Below are positions 25,551 to 38,494 of a stretch of DNA of 64,000 bases, piece after piece. The first letter of the stretch is position 1. Every line of letters starts with the position of its first letter. The notes under the pieces are model-generated. The model searched no databases. It was not told where the DNA came from and worked only from the letters and a program-made list of their open reading frames with translations. Made by a program: the position numbers and the translations under genes. This DNA comes from Sphyrna mokarran. Its lineage: Eukaryota. The stretch covers positions 116,250,001 through 116,314,000 of the forward strand of contig JAGIQG010000002.1 in NCBI GenBank assembly GCA_024679065.1. Direction: 5' to 3'.

Positions 25551-26155
25551 TGTAATGGGAAAAATCACAAAGATGGCTACCTGGCACATAAAAAAAGTTA
25601 CTTGGGAGAGAGACATTAAGCAGGCACTGACTTTTAGTGCAGACAGCTACTTGAAACTAAAAACAAGCAGAACAGACAGTTATTTAAAGTTAAACATGCA
25701 GGAATCAGATACTGCAGGAAACCAGTCGAGAGCTTGAGGCACTTTTAAGATAGGACAATAAGGAGATTAGCCATAAATGGGATTGGGAATACATAAATGC
25801 AGAAAAACTGATTACTGTATGTATAGACTGAAACTAAGTCATTGGTGGTTACTGATAGAGGAAATGTATCCATTCTACGAAACAATGCAATGTTAAATGC
25901 CAATATCTGTATATGTCTGGCTGTAATGATGTTTTAAACTATCTCCTATTCAACTATAACAATGTGTTAACCGGCTAATGTCTGGACTATCCATTGTCTG
26001 AACGGTATAAAAATAAACCCCTCCTATTGTATTATTGAGAGAAGGTAGCTGCCCAAAACTGCAGAGTGCCAGTGCCTTTTCTCCATGAAGCTTCATTAAA
26101 TAAAACTGTGTTGTTGCATCCCCAGTCTGTCTTTGAAGTGGTAATTTCCCACAAC
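25551..26155 (+). mobile_element. Probable solo LTR (about 600 bp)
   Basis: TGTAATGGGA...TCCCACAAC inverted termini, TATAAAAA at 26006, AATAAA at 26099, internal duplication at 25639-25700; TSD not clean. Confidence 0.6.
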
Positions 26156-26508
26156 TTTTTTATCTCACCCTAAAGATAACTCCTTACTCTGTTACGGTTC
26201 CTTGAGTACCAGCCCCCACTTTGGTACCTTACTTGTTCTTTAAGTATAAGCCTATACAAATTAGGGCATCAGATTTCAGCTGGATCTTGGCCTCAACTGA
26301 TATTTATCATTACGTGATCCCAACAGAAGCCAGCTAATTCTCCCCTGGCCTTCCTCTTCTTTCTCTCTCTGCCCCTATTCCATGCTAATCAAGGAGCACT
26401 GAGGACATTTGTACCAATGATGTACAGATGCCGGTGTTGGACATGGGTAAACACAGTAAGAAGTCTGACAACACCAGCTTTAAATCTAATCAATTTATTT
26501 GATAGTAA

Positions 26509-26548
26509 ACTCACAAGCTTTCGACCCTGTGGTCTTCGTCAGGTGAAT
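26509..26548 (-). ncRNA. Minimal type I hammerhead ribozyme motif (best-preserved copy)
   Basis: Minus strand reads attcac-CTGACGA-A-GACC acag GGTC-GAAA-GCT-T-gtgagt. Confidence 0.8.
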
Positions 26549-26598
26549 GAGGTGTTCTGGTCTCCAACTGCACACGTAACAGCACAGACTGTGCTGTT

Positions 26599-26638
26599 AT
26601 TCACCTGACGAAGACCATAGGGTTGAAAGCTTGTGAGT
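26599..26638 (+). ncRNA. Minimal type I hammerhead ribozyme motif
   Basis: attcac-CTGACGA-A-gacc atag ggtt-GAAA-GCT-T-gtgagt. Confidence 0.75.
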
Positions 26639-26841
26639 TTAATATCAAATAAATCGGTTGGATTTAAAGCTGGTGTTGTCAGACTTCTTGCATTTGTATC
26701 AACCCAGGCTTGCTGCGTTCATTGGCTGAGATCAGCAAACTTATATTCACAATAATTTGTGAATGGTGAGTCATGAATTAAAGTAAGCTCCATTATTTCT
26801 TTGATGTACAGCACATTGTATTGCTGTGTTTCCTTGCCTAA

Positions 26842-26922
26842 ATGATGTAGAGATGCTGGCATTGGACTGTAAACTCACAAATAAATCGGTTGGATTTAAA
26901 CCTGATGTTGTCAGACTTCTTA
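26842..26922 (-). mobile_element. Family A mini-element, copy 3 (81 bp, internally deleted)
   Basis: Same tail and right arm; perfect 18-bp direct repeat CTGTGTTTCCTTGCCTAA (26824-26841 / 26923-26940). Confidence 0.85.
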
Positions 26923-27912
26923 CTGTGTTTCCTTGCCTAACACACAATCTACCTCCAAATATCTACTGTAATTATTTTTCATATCAATTATTGCAGCTAC
27001 AGGGCACAAGAGCTTTGACCTAGTTGGCACTTAATAATTCAACCTCATTTACACATCACATATCCTAATTGGTCCGATATGATCTTGTATTAATCTCAGC
27101 ACTTTTGATGGTTTTCTTATTCGTGTCATTTTTGTTACAACAGATACTTTGATGTTGATTTATTTCTGATGTGATCAAAAATCTGTCACCAAAATATGGT
27201 TACCCGGAACTTCACCAAGTTAACATTTAGGGGCAAGTGTTTCCACTTGCTCCTATTGGCATTTGGATCTGGTATTATTGGCAGAAGAAACAAATTTTTT
27301 TTTCACTTGATCTGTGACCATGAGTTTTTCTTGCAAGTTTCTCTCATGGTTGGAGTTCAGTTGTCCACTGTTTAAAATAAAATCATAGGAACTTTCTTAA
27401 AATATTTATCATTTTGTAGAAACCTTCCATAAGGTGTCAAAAGTTGAACAAGAGCAAGCATTGGATATGTGCGTGAGACTGATGTATACGTAGAGAGAAG
27501 AAAGCAAAGGACAAGAACGGAGAATTGGTGAACGTAAAAGTCATTACATAAGAGACTGTTTTTAAAAATTTGTCCATTGGCAAATGGGAAAAACAACCAA
27601 TTAATGTTGTGTTCTTGAAAGTGGATAGAAATATATAAAATAAAGTTTTCTGTTTGACATTATTGTGTTCTTTTTCTGTTAATGTTTTGATATTTCTGAA
27701 AACTAGCTTTCACTTCTCACCTCCTTTAGTATTAATTTCCATTGGTGCACACTATGCTGACAAGAAGTAGAAGTTGCAATGGAGGAAACTACTTTCAAGG
27801 TAATTATGGTGGGTAACTACAGTGCAGACTGCAGTCAGAGGTCATCATGGAGGTAGAAATTGAGGCCAATTTCAAGTATATCAATAGGGCAAACTGCTTT
27901 CTTTGGGATAAT

Positions 27913-29101
27913 AGAACATAGAACATTACAGCACAGAACAGGCCCTTCGGCCTTCGATGTTGCGCTGACCAATATAAAAAGCAATGCCCCTCCAAAATAA
28001 ACCATTCCCTTCTCTTCCATATACTTATCAACTAACCTCTTAAACGCCACCAAACTTGGCGCATCTACAACCGCTGCAGGCAGGGCATTCCACTCCCGAA
28101 CCACCCTTTTGGTAAAGAACCTGCCTCTGATATCCGTCCTATAACTATCACCCCTTAATTTAAAGCTGTGTCCCCTCGTGCTAGCTTTTTCCATCCTAGG
28201 AAAAAGGCTATCACGGTCCACCCTATCTAAACCTCTAATCATCTTATATGTTTCGATTAGGTCCCCTCTTAGCCGCCTCCTTTCTAACGAAAACAACCTC
28301 AAATCCCTCAGCCTCTCTTCATAAGACCTGCCCTCCATTCCAGGCAACATCCTGGTAAACCTCCTCTGTAACCTCTCCAATGCCTCCACATCTTTCTTAT
28401 AATGCGGGGACCAGAACTGCACACAATACTCCAAGTGCGGCCGCACTAGAGTTTTGTACATTGCAACATGACGTTGCGGCTCCGAAATTCAATCCCCCTA
28501 CCAATAAAAGCTAAGACTCCATATGCCTTCCTAACAACCTTATCGACTGGACTGCCTACTTTCAGGGATCTATGCACATACACACCAAGATCCCTCTGTT
28601 CATCAACACTATTAAGAGCCCTACCATTAGCCCTATACTCTACACATTTATTGTTCCTGCCAAAGTGCATTACCTCACACTTTTCCACATTAAAATCCAT
28701 TTGCCACCTCTCGGCCCAGCTCTGCAACTTGTCCAAGTCCCTCTGCAAACTTTAACACCCCTCTTCACTATCTACCACTCCACCGACTTTAGTGTCATCT
28801 GCAAATTTACTAATCCATACTTCAATACCCTCATCCAGATCATTTATAAAAATTACAAACAGCAGGGGCCCCAAAACAGACCCCGAGGTACACCACTTGT
28901 CACCGAACTCCACGATGAATATCTCCCATCAACCACCACCCTCTGTCTTCTATCTGCTAGCCAATTCCTATCCAATTAGCTAAATCACCCTCTATCCCAT
29001 ACATCTGCATTTTCTGCAGAAGTCTTCCATGGGCCACCTTATCAAATGCCTTACTAAAGTCCATATATACCACATCAACCGCCTTACCCCCATCCACCTC
29101 T
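27913..29101 (-). mobile_element. Young CR1/HER1 LINE, 5'-truncated
   Basis: ORFs 27835..28461(-) and 28446..28748(-) are CR1 ORF2; (TAGAACA)n tail. Confidence 0.95.
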
Positions 29102-29791
29102 TTACCTGAATAATGTGACTAATCTGAATAACGTGAATCTTCCCTAGGGTTTTTGCAGTTGCAACCATCTAAGTGAGTAGTGAGCATTCCATCGCACATG
29201 ACTTGAGGCGTCATGAGCAGGGAGGCATAGTCCAATTACAGGTAGTGGAGAATGATTGGATGACAGCCTGTGCTCTCCTCTTATCAATGGTGGCATTATG
29301 ACATCTCCAGTTAACCTTTGAATGAGTCTTGATATTAATGGTACAATTGAAAGTTGGGGAGACAGCTGAGTTTTCAACACAGAGTTCAAGCTTTTTAATG
29401 TAACAGTAAGTTACCTTCAAGTTGTTGGTTGAACACTATACATCAGTTCTGTTTTAATTCCTTGACGAAAATAGCATGCTGCACTTGTACCTTTCAGCAT
29501 ATATTAGATTTTATTTATTTAAAAAAGAAACTTGAGCTCTTTAGACCTGTAGAGATGAAAAGTTAGTTAAAAAGTTAAATTTAAAAAGATAAGATTTTTT
29601 CTGATGCCCTCACCATGGCCACACTGATATCTTTTTCCATGTTTGCCGTAATCTACTTGGGAACTTAACCCCTTAACTTTATTGCTGTTTTCCAATCCAG
29701 ATCACTGCAGCAACAGAAACTGTATTTGTAACTGCTGTATCAAGTTATCTTCATCCCATGGAACACATTTGCAAACCTAGTGACTTCATTT

Positions 29792-31247
29792 TAGAACATA
29801 GAACATAGAACAATACAGCACAGAACAGGCCCTTCGGCCTTCGATGTTGTGCCGACCAAAATAAAAAGCAATGCCCTCCAAACTAAACCATTCCCTTCTC
29901 TTCCATATACTTATCAACTAACCTCTTAAACGCCACCAAACTTGGCGCATCTACAACAGCTGCAGGCAGGGCCATCCACTCCCTAATCACTCTTTGAGTA
30001 AAGAACCTACCTCTGATATCCGTCCTATAACTCATACCCCTTAATTTAAAGCTGTGTCCCCTCGTGCTAGCTTTCTCCATCCTAGGAAAAAGGCTATCAC
30101 TGTCCACCCTATCTAAACCTATAATCATCTTATATGCTTCAATAAGATCCCCTCTTAGCCGCCTCCTTTCTAACGAAAACAACCTCAAATCCTTCAACCT
30201 CTCTTCATAGGACCTGCCCTCCATACCAGGCAACATCCTAGTAAAACTCCTCTGTACCCTCTCCAATGCCTCCACATCTTTCTTATAATGTGGCGACCAG
30301 AACTGCACACAATACTACAAGTGCGGCCGCACTAGAGTTTTGTACAGCTGCAACATGATGCTGCGGCTCCTAAATTCAATCCCCCTACCAATAAAAGCTA
30401 AGACTCCATAAGCCTTCTTAACAACTTTATCCACTTGACTGCCTACTTTCAGGGATCTATTGACACATACACCAAGATCCTTCTGTTACTCAACACTATT
30501 AAGAGCCCTACCATTAGCCCTATACTCTACACATTTATTGTTCCTGCCAAAGTGCATTACCTCACACTTTTCCACATTAAACTCCATTTGCCACCTCTCG
30601 GCCCAGCTCTGCAACTTGTCCAAGTATCTCTGCAAACTATAACACCCCTCTTCACTATCTACCACTCCACCGACTTTAGTGTCATCTGCAAATTTACTAA
30701 TCCATCCTTCAATACCTCATCCAGATCATTTATAAAAATTACAAACAGCAGGGGCCCCAAAACAGACCCCTGAGGCACACCACTCATCACCGAACTCCAG
30801 GATGAATATCTCCCATCAACCACCACCCTCTGTCTTCTATCTGCCAGCCAATTCCTAATCCAATTAGCTAAATCACCCTCTATTCCACACATCGGCATTT
30901 TCTGTAGAAGTCTTCCATGGGCCACCTTATCAAAAGCCTTACTAAAGTCCATATATACTACATCAACCGCCTTACCCCCATCCACCTCTCTGGTCACTTT
31001 CTCAAAAAACTCAAGGAGGTTAGTTAGGCATGACCTACCCTTCACGAAACCATGCTGACTATCCCCAATCAATTCATTTCTCTCTAAATAACTATAAATC
31101 CTATCCCTAATAATTCTCTCCAATACATTGCCCACAACAGAAGTAAGACTCACTGGCCTATAATTCCCTGGAAGGTCTCTCTTCCCCTTCTTAAACAATG
31201 GGACCACATTCGCTATCCTCCAGTCCTCCGGAACCACACCCGTAACC
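29792..31247 (-). mobile_element. Young CR1/HER1 LINE, sister copy of 27913-29101
   Basis: [17 protein letters not shown]...[13 protein letters not shown]; nucleotide sequence very similar to the upstream copy. Confidence 0.95.
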
Positions 31248-31376
31248 AACGAGTGTTTTGTTTTTGAAGTCACAAATGCACTGTGCCATAGAGCTGAGGC
31301 CATTAGCCAGAGACCTGAAGTGCAGCTGGGAGGTATGGAGTTATACCACATGTATATACCACCTTGCTGTGACTTA

Positions 31377-31566
31377 AATCTGAAAAGCAAATAGAGAATC
31401 CTGGAAAAATCAATAGGTTCGGCAGCATCTGTAGGGAGAGAAAACAGAGTTAACGTTTTGAGTCTGTATGACTTCTTCATCTGAAGAAATGTTAGCTTTG
31501 TTTCCTCTCCTTATTAGGTGCTGCTGGCTTGCTGGGTTTTTCCAGGATTTTCTGTTTTTGTTTTGA
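31377..31566. mobile_element. Fold-back PLE family B mini-element
   Basis: AATCCTGGAAAAATC...GGCAGCATCTGTAGGGAGAGAAAACAGAGTTAAC is inverted against GTTAGCTTTGTTTCCTCTCC...TTTTTCCAGGATTTT. Confidence 0.75.
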
Positions 31567-32784
31567 GGTATGATATTGAGAGCAAAGGCTTTGGCATTTG
31601 AGTAATCTTGAACAAGAATTGTGTGGGGAAGGTAAGCCTCTTTGTAATAATTAAACAATGCTTTATGTTGCAGACAGTAAATTGGTTTAAACGTAGTTTA
31701 ATTCTTGAGTGCCTTGATACTTTAGTATGACATTTGAGATTGATTATGGATGGTATAATTAAATTTTAAACTACCACTTTTGGATACATGATTAGTAGAT
31801 TGTAATAGCAGGTTGTATATAGTCAGTAAGCCCATTTGAGATTTTTGGTGAACCACTTCACATACTCACACAAAGCCCCTATTGGTAATGACCTCTGTTT
31901 CTTGCACTGACTGACCTGGTATTGGGATCAGATGGATGTGTTGAATGGTGGTTTGAGAGGGAAAAGAAGGCTGACTACAGAGAATGGTTCATTAAGACGG
32001 TTCGATAGAATAAATTATATTGCTGGGTTTGATCAGGCTGCTATTATAGAAATACAGCAAAATTGAAACATCAAGGGAAGAAGAACAAGACAAAACCAGA
32101 ATCTAGACAAGATAAATTAGCAAGAAAGACAATTTTGAAGAAGTCTGAACAGATTGAAAAAGCCTTTCCAGATGTGAACTTTGATGGGACAGTAGTTAGA
32201 GGATGGAAATGCTATGGAATGAATATGGCTTTTATATTATACCAGTAAATATTTCCATATTTTTATATAATATGAATACTTCATGGATTTCTCGGTTACC
32301 ACCCATTTAACTTTCTTTGTTTCATCACGTCCCTTTATTTATATCAAATCAAATTTCCTTCTCTTTCCCTCCTATTCTTGCCTTGAACTCCAATCATCAT
32401 CTTTTCTTCCTGTTTTTCTGCTCCCCTCATTGTCTCTTCCCATCACTGTGTCTTTTGATGCCCATTCCAGATTATTCATGTTCATGACATCTGCAGGTCA
32501 CTGAACTCCTTGCTATTTCTGCCTTCTATCTAGTGAATCTCCCCCATTGCGAAGCAACAGTAATCACTTACTCTCCGCATATTAGTTCTAACAGCTGTCC
32601 AAACTTTCTGAGATCCTGAATGAACTTACTAGGTCACTAGTCATTTCTCCCAGAGCTCTTGTTTGATTCCATTCACCTTCTGTAAACTTCAGCTTATCAC
32701 ACAGTCTGTTTCCTACACTTTTCATGAAAGTCTCGTTCACAAATTTTCCCCTAAATTCACTAAACCTCTGTTGCCTTTGCTACC

Positions 32785-32992
32785 CATGATGTGGAGATTC
32801 CAGTGTTGGATTGGGCTAAATACAGTAAGAAGTGTCTCAGCACCAGGTTAAAGTCCAACAGGTCTATTTGGTAGCAAATGCCACTAGCTTTCGGAGATGA
32901 CCTGATGAAGGAGTAGCACTCTGAAATCTAGTGGCGTTTGCTACCAAATAAACCTTTGGATTTTAACTTGGTGTTGTGAGACTTCTCACTGT
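32785..32992 (-). mobile_element. Family A fold-back mini-element, copy 4
   Basis: Inverted arms; + strand CTGATGA-A-GGAGT agc ACTCT-GAAA at 32902-32926 with AGCT mutated to ATCT; TSD CTTTGCTACC (32775-32784 / 32993-33002). Confidence 0.88.
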
Positions 32993-34107
32993 CTTTGCTA
33001 CCTTCCAAAGTCTCAGATTTGTGTTTGAATGCTCCAAGTCTTCTTCCTCATCATATCCGGCTTTACAAGTCTTTCTCTCTCTTGAACTTTGGCTTGTATC
33101 TCTTGTTATCTCCTCTCTCCTTTCAGTAGTAGGATTGCTTTCCCTCACCAAAACCATAAATCTTGATCGCTCCCCTTTGTATGGAAGAGGAATAGCCATT
33201 TTATTTTTAAACAGAGGGAAAAAGAGAGGAGGATCTATTAGATATTAAAAATATTGTATTTGTCCATACTTCCAGTCAGCTAGGCGTGGCTGTAATTATT
33301 TTAACACAAGTTTATCTCGGCAGTTCTAATTATAAACATTGGCACAGGAATTTATAATACATAAACATGAGGAGAATTTTCTCCTGCTTCGTATGTACCC
33401 TATTCTCTAACTCTATTTTACTTGCCAAATGTAGCACTAGATTAGAGAATTACAGTGAAACATTTCCATCAGGTATCGTATATTTCAATGCAGAATGCAT
33501 CTTTTTATTTAATTCTATCTTGGAAGATTAGTGGAGAAATCCTCTAAACCGTTGTTCAAATGTATAAAGTGACCTCTAATATTGGCACAGAAAATTGAAT
33601 CAAATTTTGCTTCCTGTATCTGAACAATTTAATTCATTTAAGACAATATTTGAAAGTTACCTTGCTCCTTCCTCATCTATGACATATCCCCATCATTATA
33701 GACCCATCTCAACCAAAAAAAATTGGAATGCCATCGGTAAGAAATTTAGTAGCTGTATTGCCTATTGAGAGCTGAAGTGGTACCTTTAACAACTCAAGTT
33801 GTTTTCATTGACTGCTCTGCTCTGAAGGTGATGTTTAGGCTGAAAGCAGTCATGTAGCTTATCAATGTATTACTGTATGCTATTTCTCCAAAGTCCTGAC
33901 TGAAGCAGTGGTGAACATTCAAGTTCTGTTTCAAACCAAAGAAGTTGCAGAGAAACATTGATTGCCCTTTAATTAATTGGTTGTGAAACCGTATTGAATC
34001 CCAGGTGGCATAATAAAATGCTATAAAATACAAAGGCTGGAATTCTTCCAAAAAATTCTAATTGTTGAATTCTGTGAAGACTGTAGTAATTTGTGCTGTT
34101 TCTTTTT

Positions 34108-34898
34108 CAGCGGGAGATCAGAGAAGAATCTCCCATGCTCTGTACGCTGCAGAAGTCACCAGTGTAAATATCATTAAAAGCTAGAGGGTGGGACCTATAG
34201 CAGTTGGAGGAGCTGAAATCAGTGCCCTGAGTGGGACGCTGCGCATGCGGTGATCTGTCAGTGCCAAAATCGGCACATGTGCAGTGGTCCCGCACTAATA
34301 ACCTCCCGACTGCTGGCCAGTTCAATCACTGGCCAGCCCCACAATGCTGCCCCTTCTCCCCCCAACCCCGCCAAATACACACACATATGGCCTGAATGCT
34401 GTCCTTCCTCCAACCCCTTGGCACTGTCTCATACTTGATGAGCAGTGCCAATGTACCCCCTGGATATTGGCACTTGGCCCCCCCTGCACTGCCCAAGGGG
34501 TAGAGGCTGGCACTGCCAAGATGCCAATGCCCAGAGAACACCCACCCCTGCTGTCTGACTCTCTGGAACGGTGGCCTTGATTGCCCCTTCACTCCCGCAG
34601 GGTCAGGCTGCTAGTTCCCGAAAAGTGGGGAGCGATTGTAATTCCTGCTGGAATGAAATTCTCTGGCAGTGTGGGGGTGCAGAGACCTCAAACCTGGGCC
34701 TGCTAATTGCATTTAAATTAGATTAAAAATAATATCAAAATTAGTTCTGCACCTCCTCGCCAATTTCTGGTGCGGAGTGAACGCCACAGGAAATCCGGCG
34801 TTGGGTGACACTATCGTGGTGGGAACACATGCATATATCCCGCACAGCCTCCTGTATTTAAAAACAAACGAGTGCAGCAGGATGGGAGAATCACCCCC
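34108..34898. mobile_element. GC-rich non-autonomous DNA transposon fragment
   Basis: GC/CpG-rich patch ending in GGGAGAATCACCCCC, a terminus type related to the MITE ends at 8189 and 38288; no credible ORF. Confidence 0.55.
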
Positions 34899-35152
34899 AA
34901 TGTCTTTTATAACTGTATTTAACAAAAACACTGCTTTCATCCATAAAATCAGCGACCATACGTTGGAAGTGCTTTAAGGAACCTCCACCAATACAGTTTG
35001 AGCTTTCAAACTGTGAAAATGAACTTTGTGCTTTGTTTTAACTGGGTAGATGAATTACCTTTGTGTACATAATGTATCATGGGTAGTTTTCATCTTTCCC
35101 TTGTGAAATTACAACATATAATGTGCACTTCACTGGCATATATTCCAGCATG

Positions 35153-35378
35153 TGGAGATGCTGGCGTTGGACTGGGACAACACAGTAAGAAGTCTCACAA
35201 TATTCGGTTAAAGTCCAACAGGTTTATTTGGTAGCAAACGCCGCTAGCTTTCGGAGCACTGCTCCTTTGTTAAGTAAGTGGGAGTTCTGTTCGCAAACAA
35301 TACATTTAAAGATACAAACTCAATTTACAGAATACTGATTGGAATGCAAATCTTTACAGCTAATCAAGTCTTAAACAA
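35153..35378 (-). mobile_element. Family A PLE 3' fragment, copy 5 (single arm, not folded back)
   Basis: Tail, one arm, and internal sequence matching 60730-60930; perfect TSD ATATTCCAGCATG (35140-35152 / 35379-35391). Confidence 0.88.
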
Positions 35379-36534
35379 ATATTCCAGCATGCAGCAAACT
35401 TACATGTGATTGAGGTACAAACGACAGTAATTTTAAAAACCTTTTCTTTTCAACTTGGTTGATTTTTGAAATTTTCTTGCGTCATCTGAGAGGGACTGAT
35501 GTGCAGGGTTTCTTTGAATTACTTCAAGCCGTTAGGTTGGTTAAAGATCATTAGAAACTATGGAAAGGCTATCAACAATGACTACTTTAGAAAGAGGTAG
35601 GCAAAATACAGCAAAGTGGAAAATGAGAGTTTGATTTGGGAAAGAAAGGGAACAAAGTATTTTGATTGATATGAAGGGCTATAAACATAAATAATTGTCA
35701 ATACAGGTTTCAGCGAGGGAAGAAGCAATTTAATCCAATATTAAACGTATTTTATAAAATTATATTTACTTGATATTACAGATATATCTGTGTCTCCTCT
35801 ACCCTTTCAGGATTAGTAAGATATTTCCCCTATGCTAAGTATTATTTCAGTAAATTAGTTATATTGCAGCAATAGCACTGAAGCATTCAAGATGTTTCAT
35901 ACAATGTGTAAGTAGTAGCAACATGGAAGCTCTAAAGTTTGCATTTGTCAAGCACAGTACAGGATAGGATGTTATATGGAAAATACATTAAGTTTGTAAA
36001 GGTTTGAGCTTTGTTTTTTTTTGTACATTGTCAAGCTATTTCAAAATACTGTGTTAAATCACATTGGTTTTTAAAGTAATGTGGCTTAGACGTAGTGTAG
36101 CTCAAGTTATCAATGCATTGAAATGCAGCATTTTTTTTACATATAGTGCTGGATTTGCACTTTCACATCTAACAGTAGATGTTTTGTTCTGATTGGGTTT
36201 TACCTGTGTGGGCTGGTTGAGCACGATCTGTACTCTGCTTGTTACGCATAACTGAAAGAACATGCTGTTTGATTTGATTACCCAATTGCTGGGACTTATG
36301 GCCATGTACCTGGCATCACAGCAGTACTAAAATTAATTAATCCACGCATGATGTCACTCAGTTGTGTGGGAAGCAGAATGACTTTTAGGACTGACCATCA
36401 GAAGTAAATGACAATTGCCTAGCCATGCATGATAGCAACTTGAAATGGTTTGTTTAAACTGTTTTTAACGTTTTTGCGCTATTTTGCCTTTCCAGGATAA
36501 TTTGAGGCATTTTTCAGGTCTGAAAGTGGAGGGC

Positions 36535-37470
36535 TTGATTTGATTTATTGTTGTCACATGTTTTAACATACAGTGAAATGTATTGTTTCTTGTGCGCTAT
36601 TCAGGCAAAGCATACCATTCATAGAGAAAGAAACAAGAGAGTGCAGAATGTTGTATTACAGTCATAAGCTAGAGTATAGAAAAAGAGCAACTTAATGTAA
36701 GTCCATTCAAAAGTCTGACAGCAGCAGAGAAGAAGCTATTTTTAGTTGGTTGGTAGGTGACCTCAGACCCAAAGGAAGAAGATGGAAGAGAGAATGTCCA
36801 GGGTCGCGTGAAGTTCTTAATTATGCTGGCTGCCTTGCCTAGAAAGAATCAACGGATGGAATGCTGGTTTACACGATGGATTCGACTACATTCACAACCT
36901 TTTGTAGTTCCTTGCCGTCTTTGGCGGAGCAGAAACCATACCAAGCTGTGATACAATCAGAAAGAATAGAAAGAACACTCTCTATGGTGCGTCTGTAAAA
37001 GTCAGTGAGAGTCGCAACTGACATTCCAAATTTCCTTAGTGTTCTGAGAAAGTAGAGGTGTTGTTGGGCTTTCTTAACTATAGTGTTGGCACGGGGGGGA
37101 ATCAGGACATATTGTTGGTGATCTGGACACCTAAAAACATGAAGCTCTCAACCCTTTCTACTTCATCCTTGTTGATGTAGACAAATACATTTTCTTTTCT
37201 ACATTTGCTGAAGTCGATGATAATCTTCATTTTGTTGACATTGAGGGAGAGATTATTGTTGCCACACCAGTTCCCTAGATACTCTATCTCATTATCGTAC
37301 TCTGTCTCATCATTGTTTGAGATCCAATCCATTATGTTGCTGTCGTCAGCAAACTTCAAAATTGAATTGGAGGGGAGTTTGGCCACATGGTCATTGGTGT
37401 ATAAGGAGTGTATTAGGAGGCTGAGAACACAGCACCAGAGTTGAGGATGATCGTGGAGGAGATGTAATTG
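36535..37470 (-). mobile_element. Rex1/Babar-type LINE, 5'-truncated
   Basis: ORF 37102..37506(-) CVLSLLIHSLYTND...ILKFADD...ISNNDETEY...WCGNNNLSLNVNK...ERVESFMFLGVQIT; (TTGAT)n tail. Confidence 0.85.
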
Positions 37471-37821
37471 CCTATCCTTAGTGGGCTTTGGCCATTTGTC
37501 AGACACTCATATGGTAACTTGGTCACAAAAAGATTGTCAAAAATGTTGTGATAATCAATTTTCTTATGAAAGTATTGAAACCAGTACACCATGGACTCAG
37601 GACTGGAAGCAGCTAGTTGCACACTTCCCTCGTGGTCAGACCAAACCCACGACAGCCCATTGCTACTTATGACATCATTCGTGCATGCTCGTACTCGCTA
37701 CAGACATCAGCACGTGCATTTAAATAGGAAGATGCTTATTATAACACTCTATAACAACAGTGAACAACAATCTGATCAGGATTGCTATTGTCCCATAAGA
37801 TAACTTTGATGCAATGTAATA

Positions 37822-38062
37822 GAAGCAAAATATTGTGGATGCTAGAAATCTGGGGGGAAAAGAACAGGAAATGCTAGAAAGATTCGGTAAGTCTGGCAGC
37901 ATCTGTGGAGAGAGAAACCGAATTAAGATTTCATGCCGAATGTGGCTCTTCATCGAAGCACCTCTTCTTCGAAAGAAGAGTCACGTTGATTCAAAATGTT
38001 AACTTGGTTTTTCTCTCCACAGATACTGCCAGACCTGCTAAGTTTTTGCAACACTTACTATA
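37822..38062. mobile_element. Fold-back PLE family B mini-element
   Basis: GTCTGGCAGCATCTGTGGAGAGAGAAACC is inverted against GGTTTTTCTCTCCACAGATACTGCCAGAC; decayed hammerhead-like cores in the centre. Confidence 0.8.
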
Positions 38063-38287
38063 TTCATTCAATTCAAACTGAAATGGTTCGTGCCCAACTT
38101 ATAAGATTGCTGATGTGGCCAGTCTTATGGTATGTGGAATTGTACAAATCCCAATGTGTATGTTGATTGGTGAAGGTCAGCTTGCGGTAAATGGCAGTGG
38201 GAAACCTATATTTGCGATTTCTCAACTAGTGGATCATGGGTGGAGTGTATTAAGGTGTGCGTGCAGCTTCAGAATGATCACAAACGG

Positions 38288-38494
38288 TGGAAGGATTCTC
38301 CGGCCTTACTGTAGCATCTTTCTCATGGCAGGAAGCAACTTGACATTTTCCGGCTGTAGGAACTTCTGGTCCTGCTGTTATCAATGAGATTTCCTATTGG
38401 CTGCTCCTCATGCCACTGAGAAACCCACGGTATTAGTATGCCATCAAAGGGACCAGAAGATTCTGCCAACGTGAACAGGCAGTGAATTCTGGTC
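38288..38494. mobile_element. MITE-like element related to 8189-8374
   Basis: GGATTCTCCGGCC start and GGGACCAGAAGATTCTGCC segment resemble 8290-8310. Confidence 0.5.

Larger units (their letters stand above)
26417..26690 (-). mobile_element. Fold-back PLE-derived mini-element (family A), copy 2
   Basis: About 90-bp inverted arms (26458-26548 / 26599-26689), left tail ATGATGTACAGATGCCGGTGTTGGAC, TSD CATTTGTACCA / CATTTGTATCA. Confidence 0.9.

Noticed and set aside
30659-31480. Longest ORF in the window (273 aa, minus strand)
   Set aside because: Chance read-through from a PLE terminal repeat and unique DNA into CR1 RT; not a gene
34108-34898. GC/CpG-rich patch as a second promoter
   Set aside because: Ends in a MITE-type terminus and has no exon features; better explained as a transposon
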